The translations under genes and the position numbers were made by a program. A stretch of DNA of 61,662 nt, filler included, from Asterionella formosa (taxonomy: Eukaryota): assembly GCA_002256025.1 (NCBI GenBank). It is 6 parts of 6 records of this genome, joined end to end, with 100 filler letters (N's around TTAATTAATTAA, not from the genome) between each part and the next. Parts side by side here need not be neighbours in the genome. Positions count along the whole stretch, not along the records: positions 10,310 to 20,505 come from NKIB01009780.1; positions 20,606 to 30,803 come from NKIB01009786.1; 4 more parts are not named here. One strand, written 5' to 3'. This document shows positions 11,821 through 24,175 of the stretch, one piece after another. Numbering within the stretch: position 1 is the stretch's first letter; every line of letters begins with the position of its first letter. The notes beneath the pieces are model-generated. The model saw only the letters and a program-made list of their open reading frames with translations. It was not told the origin of the DNA and made no database searches.

Positions 11821-14800
11821 ATGGTGGCTCCCTTGGATTCATCAGTCTTCTCTTTCCCTCATCCGCTTTTAACGCCGATTGTTGGTAAACCCACGGTCCT
11901 CACCGTCACCCAGTTAAAAAAAGAGATATTTGCCAATGCCCGTTCAGTCCACTGCACCGGTGGTGGCGGTACAAATGGTTTCCTTGGGCTTTTCATGGCT
12001 CCTGCACCTTACATCTTACATGCCAGTGAAGCTTTTGTTCCCCCCACCCATCCTGGCAACCAGCCCAATCATCTTCCAACTGCCACCACTCAATCCCAAA
12101 TTACTGTGGCAAATCGCCAGTACTATGATAATCTCCTTGAATCTTTTCGTTGCTACACTCAAGTCTGTGAGGCACTTCGCCAACAAATTCTTCTTGCCAT
12201 TGATACTGCATACTACCATGCTCTTGAGGATGAAACATTTGGCTATGCCGATGTCACTGTTCTTGCCCTCCTTACTACTCATTTGGACAACATATGCTAC
12301 TTTGAGTGCCGACAATTTAGAATTGAATCGTATGCGCCTCGCAGACATATGGAATCCCAACAAACCCCTAGAAAACTTATGGATCCGTATTAAACACCTC
12401 CGTGCTGTTGCAATTGCTGGCGGCGAACCTTTATCAGATAGCACCGTCATGCGATTGACATTATCTGCTTTAGAACAGGCAGGGGTATACGCTCACAGCA
12501 TCTGCACCTGGCGTGATTGCTGTCCTGAACATGATCGTATTTGGGCGAATTTTGGTCCGCATTTTACTCATGGCGAAAAAGAATGTCTCTGTTCCTTAAC
12601 TGCTAATACAATACAGTAGGCTATCATGGTGCACATGCTGTTCTTCTCATCATATGAGTCCTGCTCCACCACACGCCATTGCTTCATCTTCTCTCACTGG
12701 TTTGGCCGCCGCCGCTCAAGGAGTTACTAACACATATTCTTGCATTAACATTCCACTGGGATACTGTTGGATGCATGGTCTTACAAAAAACCATGAACAG
12801 ACTAGTGCCACATGTGCAAACCCTGTCTCGGGCCATCAAACAACCGCCACACTTGACAAATGCATGGGTGGCAGTGGTCACATGTTTAGTGATGGAACTC
12901 GACGCAACCGCCCTTCCGCTAGTCTCAATATGGCTGTCAACCCCATTCCACCTGCCTGACCAGGAGGGGAGCAAGTCACCATGCTATTGGATAATACTAG
13001 TAAACCTAGTTTATCTGCTATGCCCACTTGTCCCCCCCCCCATTCACGTTAATTGCAGATTCTGATTCTGGTAGTTCCGGCAACTATGCCACCTTGGACC
13101 TACCTGTGGTTAACCAGCGCCTTACCTCCTGCCCTGTCACAATTCAACTTCCCAATGGTGAGCAAATAGTGTCCACACCACATGAGGCTGAACTCGATAT
13201 TCCTATGCTTCTTCCTGCTGTACGACATGTCCATCTTGTTCCTGGTGGATTACAAAACTGCTCCTTGTTATCCATTGGTCAAATGTGTGATTTTGGCTAT
13301 GAAGTAAAATTCACCATTACCCATGATATGAAAGTGTTCTTAGATGATCAGTGCATTCTCCAAGGCCACCGCTCTGTATCCACCAAATTATGGCATGTTT
13401 CCTCCACCACCCCTGCACCCACTGTTACTGTTCCTGTTCCAATCAACGTTACGGCCGCTGCCATCAGTACCACACCCAAAGCTGCCAACCTTGTTGCTTT
13501 TGCGCATGCCACGCTGTTTTCCCCAGCCTTATCGACATTGGAAAAGGCCCTTGTCAATGGGTATCTCATAAATTTCCCTGGTTTAACTTTACTAACCCTT
13601 CGAAAACATCCCCCACATTCCATTGCCACCATTAAAGGCCACCTTGATCTGACCAGACAAAACCAGCAATCCACTCAACTCCCATCGATCATCCCTGATC
13701 ATGCCCCCACTATACCGTGTCCAATTGATACAGATGTGCATCCCGCCAACAATGAGATTCCCACGCACATATGTTATGCTGCACCAGTTATAGCCCCTAC
13801 TGGCCAAATCTGCACAGATCAAACTGGAAAATTCGTCCTACCGTCCAGCACTGGTAACAATTATGTCATGGTGTTGTATGATTTTGATAGCAACTTCATT
13901 TTCACGCACCCATTCCGCAATTGCACTGCCCCTTGCATCCTTGAGGCTTACAAACACCTCCATCAACGCTTATGCAAAGCTGGTCTTCGCCCACGACTTC
14001 AACGCTTAGACAATGAATGCTCCACACTGCTCAAGGATTTCATTGATATGGAATCCATTGATTTCCAGTTAATGCCCCCTGCAGTCCATCGCCACAATGC
14101 GGCTGAACGGGCAATCCGCACCTTCCAGAATCATTTTATTGCCGGATTATGCAGTGTTGACAAAGATTTCCCCCTTCACCTGTGGGATCAAGAACTCTTG
14201 AACCAGGCTGAACTCACCCTCAATTTACTCGAGGATCACGGATCAATCCCAAATTGTCTGCATGGGCCCAAGTGAATGGATTGTATGACTATAATCATAC
14301 TCTATTGGCACCCCCTGCTGGGGGATGTAGGGTTCTTGTTCATGCTAAACCGCAACAACGCACTACATGGTCCCCACATGCCCTTGATGGCTGGTATGTG
14401 GGCCCTGCTGTGGATTCTTGTCATTGCTATCGAGTATGGATGTGGGACACCAGGTCCACGCGTATTTGCGATACGGTGTCCTGGTTCCCTAGTACCAAAG
14501 TGGCCTTACCTACTAATTCTTCTGCTGACATTATTCATTATTGCTACCAGTTTACAAGATATTGCGTATGCGCTGGCCAACCACACTTCCCGCTCTCCTC
14601 TTGATCCCCTTCCACACACGCACAAAGCTGCTTTACAACAGCTCCTTGACATTATGTTGGTACCCCTCCCTGATGCCACCAGCACAAACTGCTCTCCTGT
14701 TCCATCACTGAGGGTGCAAAGTACACCGGAGCTGCCAGCCACTCCAAAAATGCATCTCATTCCCGAGTCTGTTGTCCCCACTCCTCTGCCACCACCATCA

Positions 14801-16940
14801 TACCATACCCCTGTCCAATCACTGAGGGTGCCCCCCTCCATGAATGCAAGTGTTGACAATCCTCTTTTAGGTGTGGACCTTCAAACTGACACTCGTACCC
14901 AGCTCGCCAGCACCTATGACTTCGAAACAAGTCCGCCAGGGCGCCAACAACGTCAACTAATACGCAAATCGCTCTCTGCGCGCAATCACGCCAGCCACAT
15001 TGAACAAGCGCACCATATGCACCCCTGAACGCGTTGCCTTGAGTGCCAATCTTGTTATTAAAACCCCTCCTGTTACCGAATATTGCTTCCATGGCACTGC
15101 TGTGAACCCCGACACTGGAACGATCGCCGGTTACAAGGAACTATTAACGTGTAGCACAGCCTCTCTTTGGGATACAGCCAACGGTTTAGAGATTGGTTAG
15201 TTGTTCCAAGGTTTGGGGATCAACTCTGGAATGCCCACTGGGACTAATTGTTGTTTTTCCATCCACAAACATAACATCCCCAAGAACAAACAAGCCACAT
15301 ACATTCGTATCGTGTGTGTCGATCACCCCGAAAAATCTACTCCACACCGCGTCCGCTGGACTGTGGGGGTTGATCAGGTCCATTACACAGGCAGGCAGTG
15401 TTAGCACCAAGGCAGCTGACCTTACCACTGCCAAATGTTTGTTCAACAGTGTCATTAGTACCCCAAATGGACGCTTCATGACTGTCGATCTCTCCGATTT
15501 CTATTTGGAAAGTCATTTGCCTCCGGCTGATTACGAATATGTCCGCATCCCAACTTTGATGATTCCTGATGACATTCAGGCATTCTATCATCTAGCGGAC
15601 AAAATCCAAGATGGATATGTGTATGCGGAAATTCGCTGTGGCATGTATGGCCTTCCCCAAGCTGGTAAACTGGCCAATGAACAACTCGAACACTTCCTCC
15701 AACCACATGGATACCTTCCCTGTCCTGTCACCCCAGGATTATGGAAGGACTCCAATAGCGATTTAATGTTCACCCTTGTTGTTGACGACTTTGGTGTTCG
15801 TTACACTCACTGTAGCGACATCGAACGTTTTCTGGCCAACCTTCGCACAAAATATCGTCTCACCACGACGGATTGGACCGGTGCCAGATACATTGGCGTC
15901 ACGCTTTCTTGGGACTTTCTCAAAGATAGTACTGTTGATCTAGCCATGCCTGGGTACATCTCACGTGCATTACAGCGATTTCAACACCCCACCCCCTCCC
16001 GACCGCAACATTCCCCTCATTCCTGGACTCCCCCAGCTTATGGGGCCCGTCAGCAGTTTGTTCTCCCTGATGTCACCCCTGTGTTAGATTTATTGGACAA
16101 AAAACACGTCCAAGAGGTCCTTGGCACCTTACTTTGCTTACTATGCACGGGCCATTGACAGCACCAGCATGTTACCTGCCATTGGTACCCTTGCTACCCA
16201 ACAGGCTACTCCAACCATCGCCACCGTAGAGGCCATAACGCAGCTATTAAATTATTGTTCTACCAATCCGGAGGCGACCTTACGTTTCACTGCCAGTGAT
16301 ATGATTCTCCATGTGGAAAGTGACGCTTCCTATCTTTCTGCATCCCAGGGCCATTCCCGTGCTGCTGGCATTCATTTTTTAAGCTGTAAACCCTAGCACC
16401 CTACTACGACACCCCCTCGTTCCAATGATCCCATGCCGCTTCTTAATGGCGCTATCTATGTTCACTGCCAAATTCTAAAAGAGGTGTTATCCCGTCCGGC
16501 CGAAGCTGAACTTGCTGCATTATTTCACAATTCTCAATAGCCTATGCTATTCGCAACATTCTCGATGAACTTGGCCATCCCCAGCCTGCCACTCCTATTG
16601 TAACCGATATCAGCACTGCTAGTGGCATTGCAAATGACACTGTTCGCCAAAAACGCTCCAAAGCCATGGATATGCGTTTCTATTGGGTGCGTGATTGGGT
16701 CCGTCAGGGTCAATTCCTTGTTTACTGGAAAAAAGGCAGTTTAAATCGCGCGGATTACTTTACCAAACACGATCCTGCCTCCCATCACGAATCGATCCGC
16801 GCTCAGTATTTACATTCTCCCTTGTCCTCTGCTCGTCCTACTAATTACTATGCTTGTTTGGATTCTGATGATGCTACTGTTACCATTTGCTCTCCTTGTG
16901 GCACCGCCACTACTGACCATTGGTCTCCTGCATCTGGTGG
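11821..16940 (+). pseudogene. Copia gag-pol pseudogene
   Basis: gag zinc-knuckle-like YCWMHG..H....C; protease IADSDSGSS; integrase TDQTGKF, RLDNE, HNAAERAIRTF; RT DLSDFYL, GMYGLPQAG, LVVDDFG; RNase H SDASYLS, DMRFYWVRD, ADYFTKH. Numerous frameshifts and stops. Confidence 0.93.
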
Positions 16941-16948
16941 TGAGGGTG

Positions 16949-17106
16949 TATTAATACCTGTATCCAGTGCACCACGCGAGCACAATGCAGACCAGACCAG
17001 TGTAACCACCAGATCTAGGTACACTGGCAATCATGCCCCAATGACAGCAATAGAATACTCATAATATTGTAGCTCACCTTTGTTGTTGACAAGGTTCCCC
17101 TCAACA
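16949..17106 (+). repeat. 3' LTR
   Basis: Direct repeat of 11476-11633, preceded by the PPT and followed by TSD GATTA. Confidence 0.95.
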
Positions 17107-18391
17107 GATTAATCTTCGTTCGCCCATATATTTCAAGGGTCATCCCTGATATTGACCCAATCTTCGTATTTTCTTGAACAATCTTCGTTTCCTGAAGATT
17201 AATATTCGGGCAAACGAAGATTGTCTCCACCAATCAGAATGGCGGAAACAATATATAATTGTCATCACATATACTAATGATATAGTATTCGATACTTCTT
17301 TTGTAGTATTATTGTCATTATTATTACATATTAAAATATAATTATCCTTACTTTGAATATTTTTTTAATGATTAAATAATTTGTAACATGAAGACTCCGC
17401 CAATGCTATCATCAACCTTCCTGGCACATTATCAACAGTGTGTACAGCCATGGAAGCAACAATGGTTGCCATGGCAACTAGCTACCAGCTGCCTTGCCAG
17501 CTGCCTTGCGAAATGAGCTGGTTTCTCAGTTTCATTTGGAAGTTCAATCTGAACGAGGGAATCAGCTATCGCCATCCAACAACATCTGCTAAGCGAAAAA
17601 GAATGAAAAGACCTCTGAGTCGTCATTGTGATGGTAGGGAGATACTGGTGGTGGGAGAGGAGAAAGGAGATGGGCCGATGTGAAGACCGATCACCTTACA
17701 ACAACAGTAACGACAACGATGGAGCATTGAGTGTTGACGATTTTCATTATAATTAATTACTATAATATTCCTACGGACGAGACTACCAATTTTCATGTAG
17801 GAATATATTTCTATTCACGATTTCGGTCATTTGATGCATGGATTGACGTACTATTTAATCTTCGGGACCGTAAGGTGGCCACAAAATTTCCCGAATACGA
17901 AGATTTTGCTGCAATAGCTTCGCAATATTCGATCTTTGTATTTCGGGCGCCGTAGCTAAGTTTCAGCCTTTTACCTCCGCCTTATGTATGATAGTTTAGG
18001 GCTGGCACTTCACGAAGATATCGGTACCAGGTACTCCATACCTGTTAGTCCTGCTTAAAACTCCAGTACGTAGTTGCTACATATCGCAATGTCTAGGAAC
18101 AATGTCCCGTAATCAGCGCATTGCGCACTTTCAACGAAAGATTCCACATAGCTGTTTCAACCTACATACGTCATTAGAAGTCTGACTGGCTCACCAATAC
18201 CAAAATGATGAAATATTTCAAAATATTTCCATATATTTATATGACCTATAACTTTTATAAAGTTTCAAACTGAAAAGTAGTGCTGCCACCTTCCATGTCA
18301 GAATTGCTAACTACCAACAACTTCAACTTGCTGACTGCATCTAAGACGCCGTTTACGGCACTTTTTCGAATTTATGTGTAAAGTGACGTAT

Positions 18392-18470
18392 TTATGCTAC
18401 TTTTTTAAAATATTATGTTACTTTTCTAAAATATTATGTTACTTTTTTGAAATATTATGCTACTTTTTCC
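18392..18470. repeat. 21-bp minisatellite, ~3.7 copies
   Basis: TTATGYTACTTTTYTRAAATA at 18392, 18413, 18434 and partially at 18455. Confidence 0.9.
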
Positions 18471-19134
18471 CTAATTTATTCGGGTTAAACAAAAATTTAT
18501 TTCACTTATCGAATAATTATGTGATCACACCAATAATTATGTGTGTTCATGACAATATATGTTGACCAAGCTGCAGGCAAAATTTTGCTGACTGCTGACT
18601 GGATTGGTGCTGAAAATTTGGAAATATTCGAAAAATGCTGACTTCATTTGCTGACTACTGACATTATATCCCTGACTGCTACTAACTTCTAGAGTTGCTG
18701 ACTTCAAGCAACCTACTGTGTAGGAAGAAAACAACTATATGCATTGTACATTCATTTACAAATGTAAATATTTATTTCATTATTTTAACAAGAAACAAAT
18801 ACATTATTGAGTCCTACAGCAATATAGAATTTCTGAAAATGCCTCAATCATCTGATGGAAAACACACATGCAACATGTTGTGCTTCAAACCAGATGCGAC
18901 TAAAAGGGCAATTAATTTTGGTGGTAAAAAGAATTCTAACTTCTTTGCATTGTTAACAGCTAAATTGATTTCTTTTCGTCGCTGCAATCAAGAGAAAGAA
19001 ATGAGGAATCGATCGAAAACGATTTCTTTCATTTGTCAGCCAATCTTGGCCACATTTTAGACTTAAGCTAATACATAGTCTGTATGGCGAGCTTAATTCT
19101 GAAATGTGGCTGTACGTAGTAGTACAGCCAAAAC

Positions 19135-19570
19135 CCAATACAGGGGCGACCTTGAATTGCAAAATGCCGCCACCTTATATTGGGAAATAAACAGAGCCCT
19201 ATAAAAAATGTCAATTAAATTTTATAGTACATTAATGCTATCCAATAATTGCACTTGGGCCCACCAAATAGAGGGACACAATTAATACCGGTTTTAATCA
19301 TCCAAACAGAGCCTTGTACAGGGAATACCTTGTATTGGATGATATTCTCAGGACAAACAAAGGAACACCTTGAATTGGAGTAATAGCAGGATATGTTTTC
19401 ATCTTGTATTGGACTTAACCTTGTATTGGAATGGTTTACCACCTTGTATTGGAAAAAGCAAATGACAAATATCTTGTATTGGAAAACGTTGTGACGCCCA
19501 AAACAAGGTATGGCTGGATTTGGAGGACGAAAACCGGTTGAAAAAGTACAAAAAATTGCCAATACAGGGT
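19135..19570. repeat. Dispersed array of a CCTTGTATTGG motif (probable transposon subterminal repeats)
   Basis: About nine copies of YCTTGWATTGG-like sequence between 19150 and 19482, plus inverted copies (CCAATACAGGG) near 19135 and 19559. Confidence 0.7.
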
Positions 19571-20093
19571 TCTACCTTTTCCTGTGTATGTACCAGTATA
19601 TTCATACATGGACAAGCTTTCACCATTTGTCACACTTTCCATATGCTTAGAGGCAGTTATTTGTCAAAAAATGGATATAGGACAATTCTGTGTATGTATA
19701 CATTGTCAAGATATAGGATCTGGCGAGAAAGTGCAGAATGGAACTTCGGTTTTAAAACTTTGTTGAAAATAGGGAATTTTACCTCCCCCCAGGGAATTTC
19801 GGCAATACTAAGCAATATATTTTTTTATGCCTACTATGGTTTCACATGCAACAAACTTTCTTAATAATGATCTATACTACGTACAGTATTTAGACTGGAT
19901 TGAGCAAATCAATACCGTATGCATATTGACGCCACTACCAAGAAATCAGGAACAAACCAGTACCGGCACACGGTACCCCTGGTACCTACCCTACTGGCAA
20001 GTCACATTCACTCATCGCAACATCGCGGTGAACACACCGTAGTTCCAACTTGACGCACAACAGCAACTACCAAAAGTGGTATACATCCTAACA

Positions 20094-20505
20094 ATGGCAA
20101 TGGCGACTTGCCGTCGTGGTCGACCGACCCTTTTAAATTTCTTCCTCCTCATCATCATCATATTTAGCGTGATTACTATCTATGCATCTCTCCGCCAAGC
20201 CGAGACTCACGTCAGGGACTCAGCCCTCCCACTGGTCCATTCGATTCAGAATGAAATTGGCGGTTTGAAAGAGGAAGTTTCAGCTCGCGTTGCAGCTCAA
20301 GTTTCCTCTCAAGCTGAGACGGCAGTGAAAGCACAAAACATGGAAAAAACGGAACCAAAAGTCTCCGTGAAAGGGGCTCACCAACTCGCTGGCCTAAATT
20401 GTGATTCGCATGGTGGGCCACGCAACGATTTGGCCCGGGAAATGGTGTACTGGGAAGACATACCAGAGGACAGCAAGTTCGTCTCTAAATTCAAACGACC
20501 GGGAC
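20094..20505 (+). CDS. 5' part of a type II membrane protein, probably O-fucosyltransferase-like; truncated by contig end
   Basis: Short basic N-terminus, TM anchor LLNFFLLIIIIFSVITIY, a stem, then LAGLNCDSHGGP...EMVYWEDIPEDS. I recall this motif preceding the catalytic domain in diatom O-FucT-like proteins; the catalytic domain is not in the window. Confidence 0.6.
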
Positions 20506-20605
20506 NNNNNNNNNNNNNNNNNNNNNNNNNNNNNNNNNNNNNNNNNNNNTTAATTAATTAANNNNNNNNNNNNNNNNNNNNNNNNNNNNNNNNNNNNNNN
20601 NNNNN
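20506..20605. other. Artificial contig spacer
   Basis: N44-TTAATTAATTAA-N44. Confidence 0.99.
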
Positions 20606-20768
20606 TCTACTATTTCGATTCAGCATAGAAGGAGATACGAAAATGTGCGTAGCAGACTACTGTCCACATAGCTATAGCCTAGTTATAGAATGATTCTGAT
20701 TAGAATGCATTTCATTTTCATATTGCTCGCTCATTTATGCATTTGGCATACTGTACTTGAATTAACTA

Positions 20769-21188
20769 TTGAACTTGTCCGCATCTTTGATACCCTCAAG
20801 AGAGCGAAAGCAAGTGGCTCTTTTCATTGTTGTTTGCTCGAAGGAAAAATTTGATATCCGTATCGTCATTTGCTTGTTGGAATTGTCCGTTGCCTCAAAA
20901 CTGTTTGGCGTGTGCGAACACACACTGTCGACTTGTTTTCATTGGTATCTTGTTCTTGTATTCACTGTTGAATTTTCCGCATCTTTGTTAACATCAATAG
21001 AGCGACAAGTGGGTCTCTTCATTGTTGTTTGCTCCTGGAAAAGTCGGTGTCCGTGTCGTCCTCATCAATAGAGAGACAAGTTCTTTCGCTGGAAAAACTG
21101 GTACTCGTGGTATCATCATTTGCTCGTTGGAACCACTGTCCGTTGCCTCAAACCTGATTTTGCATGTGAGTATGTGCACTGTCGACTT
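20769..21188. repeat. Diverged ~200-bp tandem duplication
   Basis: Both copies run TTGAAxTTxTCCGCATCTTTG...TTCATTGTTGTTTGCTC...TGTCCGTTGCCTCAAA...CACTGTCGACTT, starting near 20769 and 20968. Confidence 0.75.
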
Positions 21189-21361
21189 TAGTACATTACA
21201 GGCGGACTGACTTATTGATAGCGTGCGAATGTCAAGAGAAACAAGGAAGCAGAAAGTGATAATGGTCTGTCAACAAAGGATTCAACAGTGGGCAAGTGCT
21301 GGATCGGAAGCGATGCAGGACCGACATACTCAGTAATATACATTAGATTGGTAGCGCAAAG

Positions 21362-21678
21362 CTACAGTTTCATAGTACCAGCGTAGTAATAGGTATAGTT
21401 TCTTAGCACCAGCGTCATGTTCCGACCGGGTATTGAAACAAGGGGAAGAATGGAATGCTGGTAGGGCAAACCTACAGTCTCACAGTACTAACGTAGTAAT
21501 AGGTATAGTTTCACAGTAGCCACATCATGTTCCGACCGAGTATTGAAACAAGGGGAAGAAGGGAATGCTGGTAGGGCAAACCTATAGTCTCACAGTACTA
21601 ACGTAGTAATAGGTATAGTTTCACAGCAGCCACATCATGTTCCGACCGGGTATTGAAACAAGGGGATGATAGGAATGC
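21362..21678. repeat. 110-bp tandem repeat, ~2.9 copies
   Basis: Units start at 21362, 21472 and 21582; shared core CATGTTCCGACCGRGTATTGAAACAAGGGGA. Confidence 0.95.
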
Positions 21679-21772
21679 GAAAATTTTATTCACAGATGTT
21701 GGTGCCCAGTAATCTAATTTAGTTCATGCTCATACTAATTTTTTTTAGTTTCTAAATAGATAATTGTATGGT

Positions 21773-23370
21773 TTAGGGATGATCATTTACATTACGACGT
21801 GATGGCCAAACAATCTTGTTTTGTTTCCATAAAATATCAAAATGTTCAATGAGTTTACTCTTGAAGAACTGTAAACTTAAATGCCGGACCACTCGAACTG
21901 TATCAACATTCTTTGTTAGCACTTCAATATTGAATTTGTCATTTGGATCTGGCACTAAATTGCGAATTGCATCAGGAATTTATCCATCACCATCATTACC
22001 AGCCAGGACCCATTCCAGAGGTATCAATTGTTCGCAAACTGGCTAATCCAAGTACTGCCGGTCTTGCAACTGCATTTAGCTTTTGAATACTAGCAAAAGG
22101 TGCTTCAGCTCCATTTAATTGGCCTAATGTTCCTTCCCAGTCACTTAAAACACCATTTTGCCATTGCAGGTCTAAGCCATCAATATCAAGTAACATGTTA
22201 TGAAATGCACAACATGTTAGCCAGACCTTGTCAGGTTCTGTTACTCCATGTATTCGGATGCCTGATTTTAAAATCCGCCAGCGTCCCTTGAGTATTCCAA
22301 AGGTACATTCCACATCTTTTCTAAGTGACTCCAGCCATTCAGACCATCTAAGTTCTTGTTCAGTTTCTGGGTTTTTGGTTGGAGGCACTGTTGTAGACCA
22401 TTTTAGATATCCATTGTCAACTATCAAAAAGCATCCACTATACTTTATGGATACAACTGCTCCATTCCGATCTTTTTCTTTAAGCTCAAACTCCACATCT
22501 TTTAAGGCATCTGCACTCCATCGACAAGCATGCCCCGTGGTACTAGACAGGATCCTCCAGCGGTGATGATTCACAGTACTAGCATTATGAGTCCTGGCTG
22601 TACAAGGAAGTTTTGATGATATATGCTGGTTCCGAAGCCGATTGAAGCATCACTCTAGCTGCTATTGACACATGTGTAGCATCTGTGGACCAAAGACATC
22701 CAGGGAAACCTGGTGCCTGTATCATTTCAAACATGTGATGCTCTGCTTCCAATGGGTTTGTTGGAGTTCTAACATATTTTTTGTAAAGGATGGTACTTCC
22801 AACTTCAATAAAGGCGTGGAAGAATTGCCTGTGGGTCTCTTGACTGATACCAGTATTCTCCTCAATGTCATCAAAAGTCCATCCTCTCCCAAGGTACCTG
22901 AATGCTCCTAAAACCATAAGTTCAAGGGGTGATGATGCCCTTCCTGTTGCATCAGGTCGAGTCCAGCGAGGAAACCAATTTGAATTTCTAGCATCAACAA
23001 CAAATTGGAGGAACTGGTTGTGTGGTAGTCGAAATCTGTGGCGGAATTTCTTTTGAAATGACAATGGTTCAACTGCTGGTCTGGAAATGTATATTTGACA
23101 TCACAGGAGTTATCATTTGAATTAGCCCTTTGTCATTGATGTATTCACAGACCTTGTTACTCTTGGGGGTAGAGGCACATTGTTAAGACCTTGTATTTCT
23201 GGAGTGGGCGTGAATAGAGTTCTTCCAAAATCAGACAAAAACTGAAGATACTGGATGTATTTCTCTGGTTCTACCTCACCATTAGCATCTAGACATTGTA
23301 CAATGTTATGTGGGCAATGGTCACATGAATCCATGTGTGCCATGTTGGTGAAATGTGGGTTTGATGACAT
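21773..23370 (-). pseudogene. PIF/Harbinger (HARBI1-like) transposase, frameshifted
   Basis: KFRHRFRLP, LGAFRYLGRGWTFDDIEENTGIS (HTH), STDATHV, IVDNGYLKW and LESLRKDVECTFGILKGRWRILK (DDE), split over ORFs 22585-23064, 21996-22574 and 21773-21955. Confidence 0.92.
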
Positions 23371-24175
23371 GTTGACTGTGGTGAAATCCAAGCTATTGTT
23401 GTATCTATGTATGATATACTGGTAAATGATGCATCCTATATGTACTGATTCTATGATGATAATAATTGGGTTTCTAGTGACTACATTCAAAGCAGTCAAT
23501 ATGGAATCCTACATTTAGGTAACTTTGGGAGAAAAAAACCTAAACGTAATGCGTTTGGATAACTTATTGGGATATGGGAACGGAATCCCCTAAACGTAAT
23601 TCATTTACGTTGGGTTTTTCACTCCTGATAGCATCGTTTTTTAGGGTTACCGAAACCAAAACACTGTTTGGTTTGTGTTTTGGTCTAGGGTCGAAGTTTT
23701 AAAGTTTACAAATCTGCATTTGGTAGAGTCAAACCGTGTTTTTGCCCTGTTCAGTGGGTCATTCCAATTTTTTTTAGTGGGTCACAGTAATTTTTTTCTG
23801 GTACCCTGGTACCAATAGCTACCTGTTGCTGTATACCGGTATGCACCTCGGAATTGTAGGTGCCATACGTCACACATGAGCATGGCACTTGCGCATACGC
23901 TCATGGGCGGTATAGCACGTATGATGTGTTATTTATTGTCTACAGCATACCGGTGTATGCATTTCCGTTAGGACATTATTCATATATTAATAAAAGTATA
24001 TGATGTAAAATAAATCTAGCCGCGTCATACGTAAGATAGCAATGCAAAGCACATCAACAAAAGTATCCATCAGCAATCAGCCACCAAAATAAATCTCTGT
24101 GCACATTGAAACAATAATAGGTCGTACACTCACTCGCATTTCATCGTAGTTTGACCACAACACTTCATCACCATC

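Larger units (their letters stand above)
11476..17106 (+). mobile_element. Full-length, decayed Ty1/Copia LTR retrotransposon
   Basis: Two 158-bp LTRs, 5-bp TSD GATTA (11471-11475 and 17107-17111), PPT GGTGGTGAGGG, and internal gag-PR-INT-RT-RH remnants. Confidence 0.96.
11360..17952. mobile_element. Non-autonomous TIR DNA transposon (MITE-like, ~0.96 kb) interrupted by the Copia insertion
   Basis: 24-bp TIRs: CGGTGCCCGAATTACGAAGATTGA (11360) matches the reverse complement of 17929-17952 at 20/24. Both ends are flanked by TA. Many internal ACGAAGAT/ATCTTCGT motifs occur on both sides of the Copia. Confidence 0.72.

Noticed and set aside
21362..21678. CRISPR array
   Set aside because: Whole 110-bp units are repeated, with no unique spacers and no cas genes.
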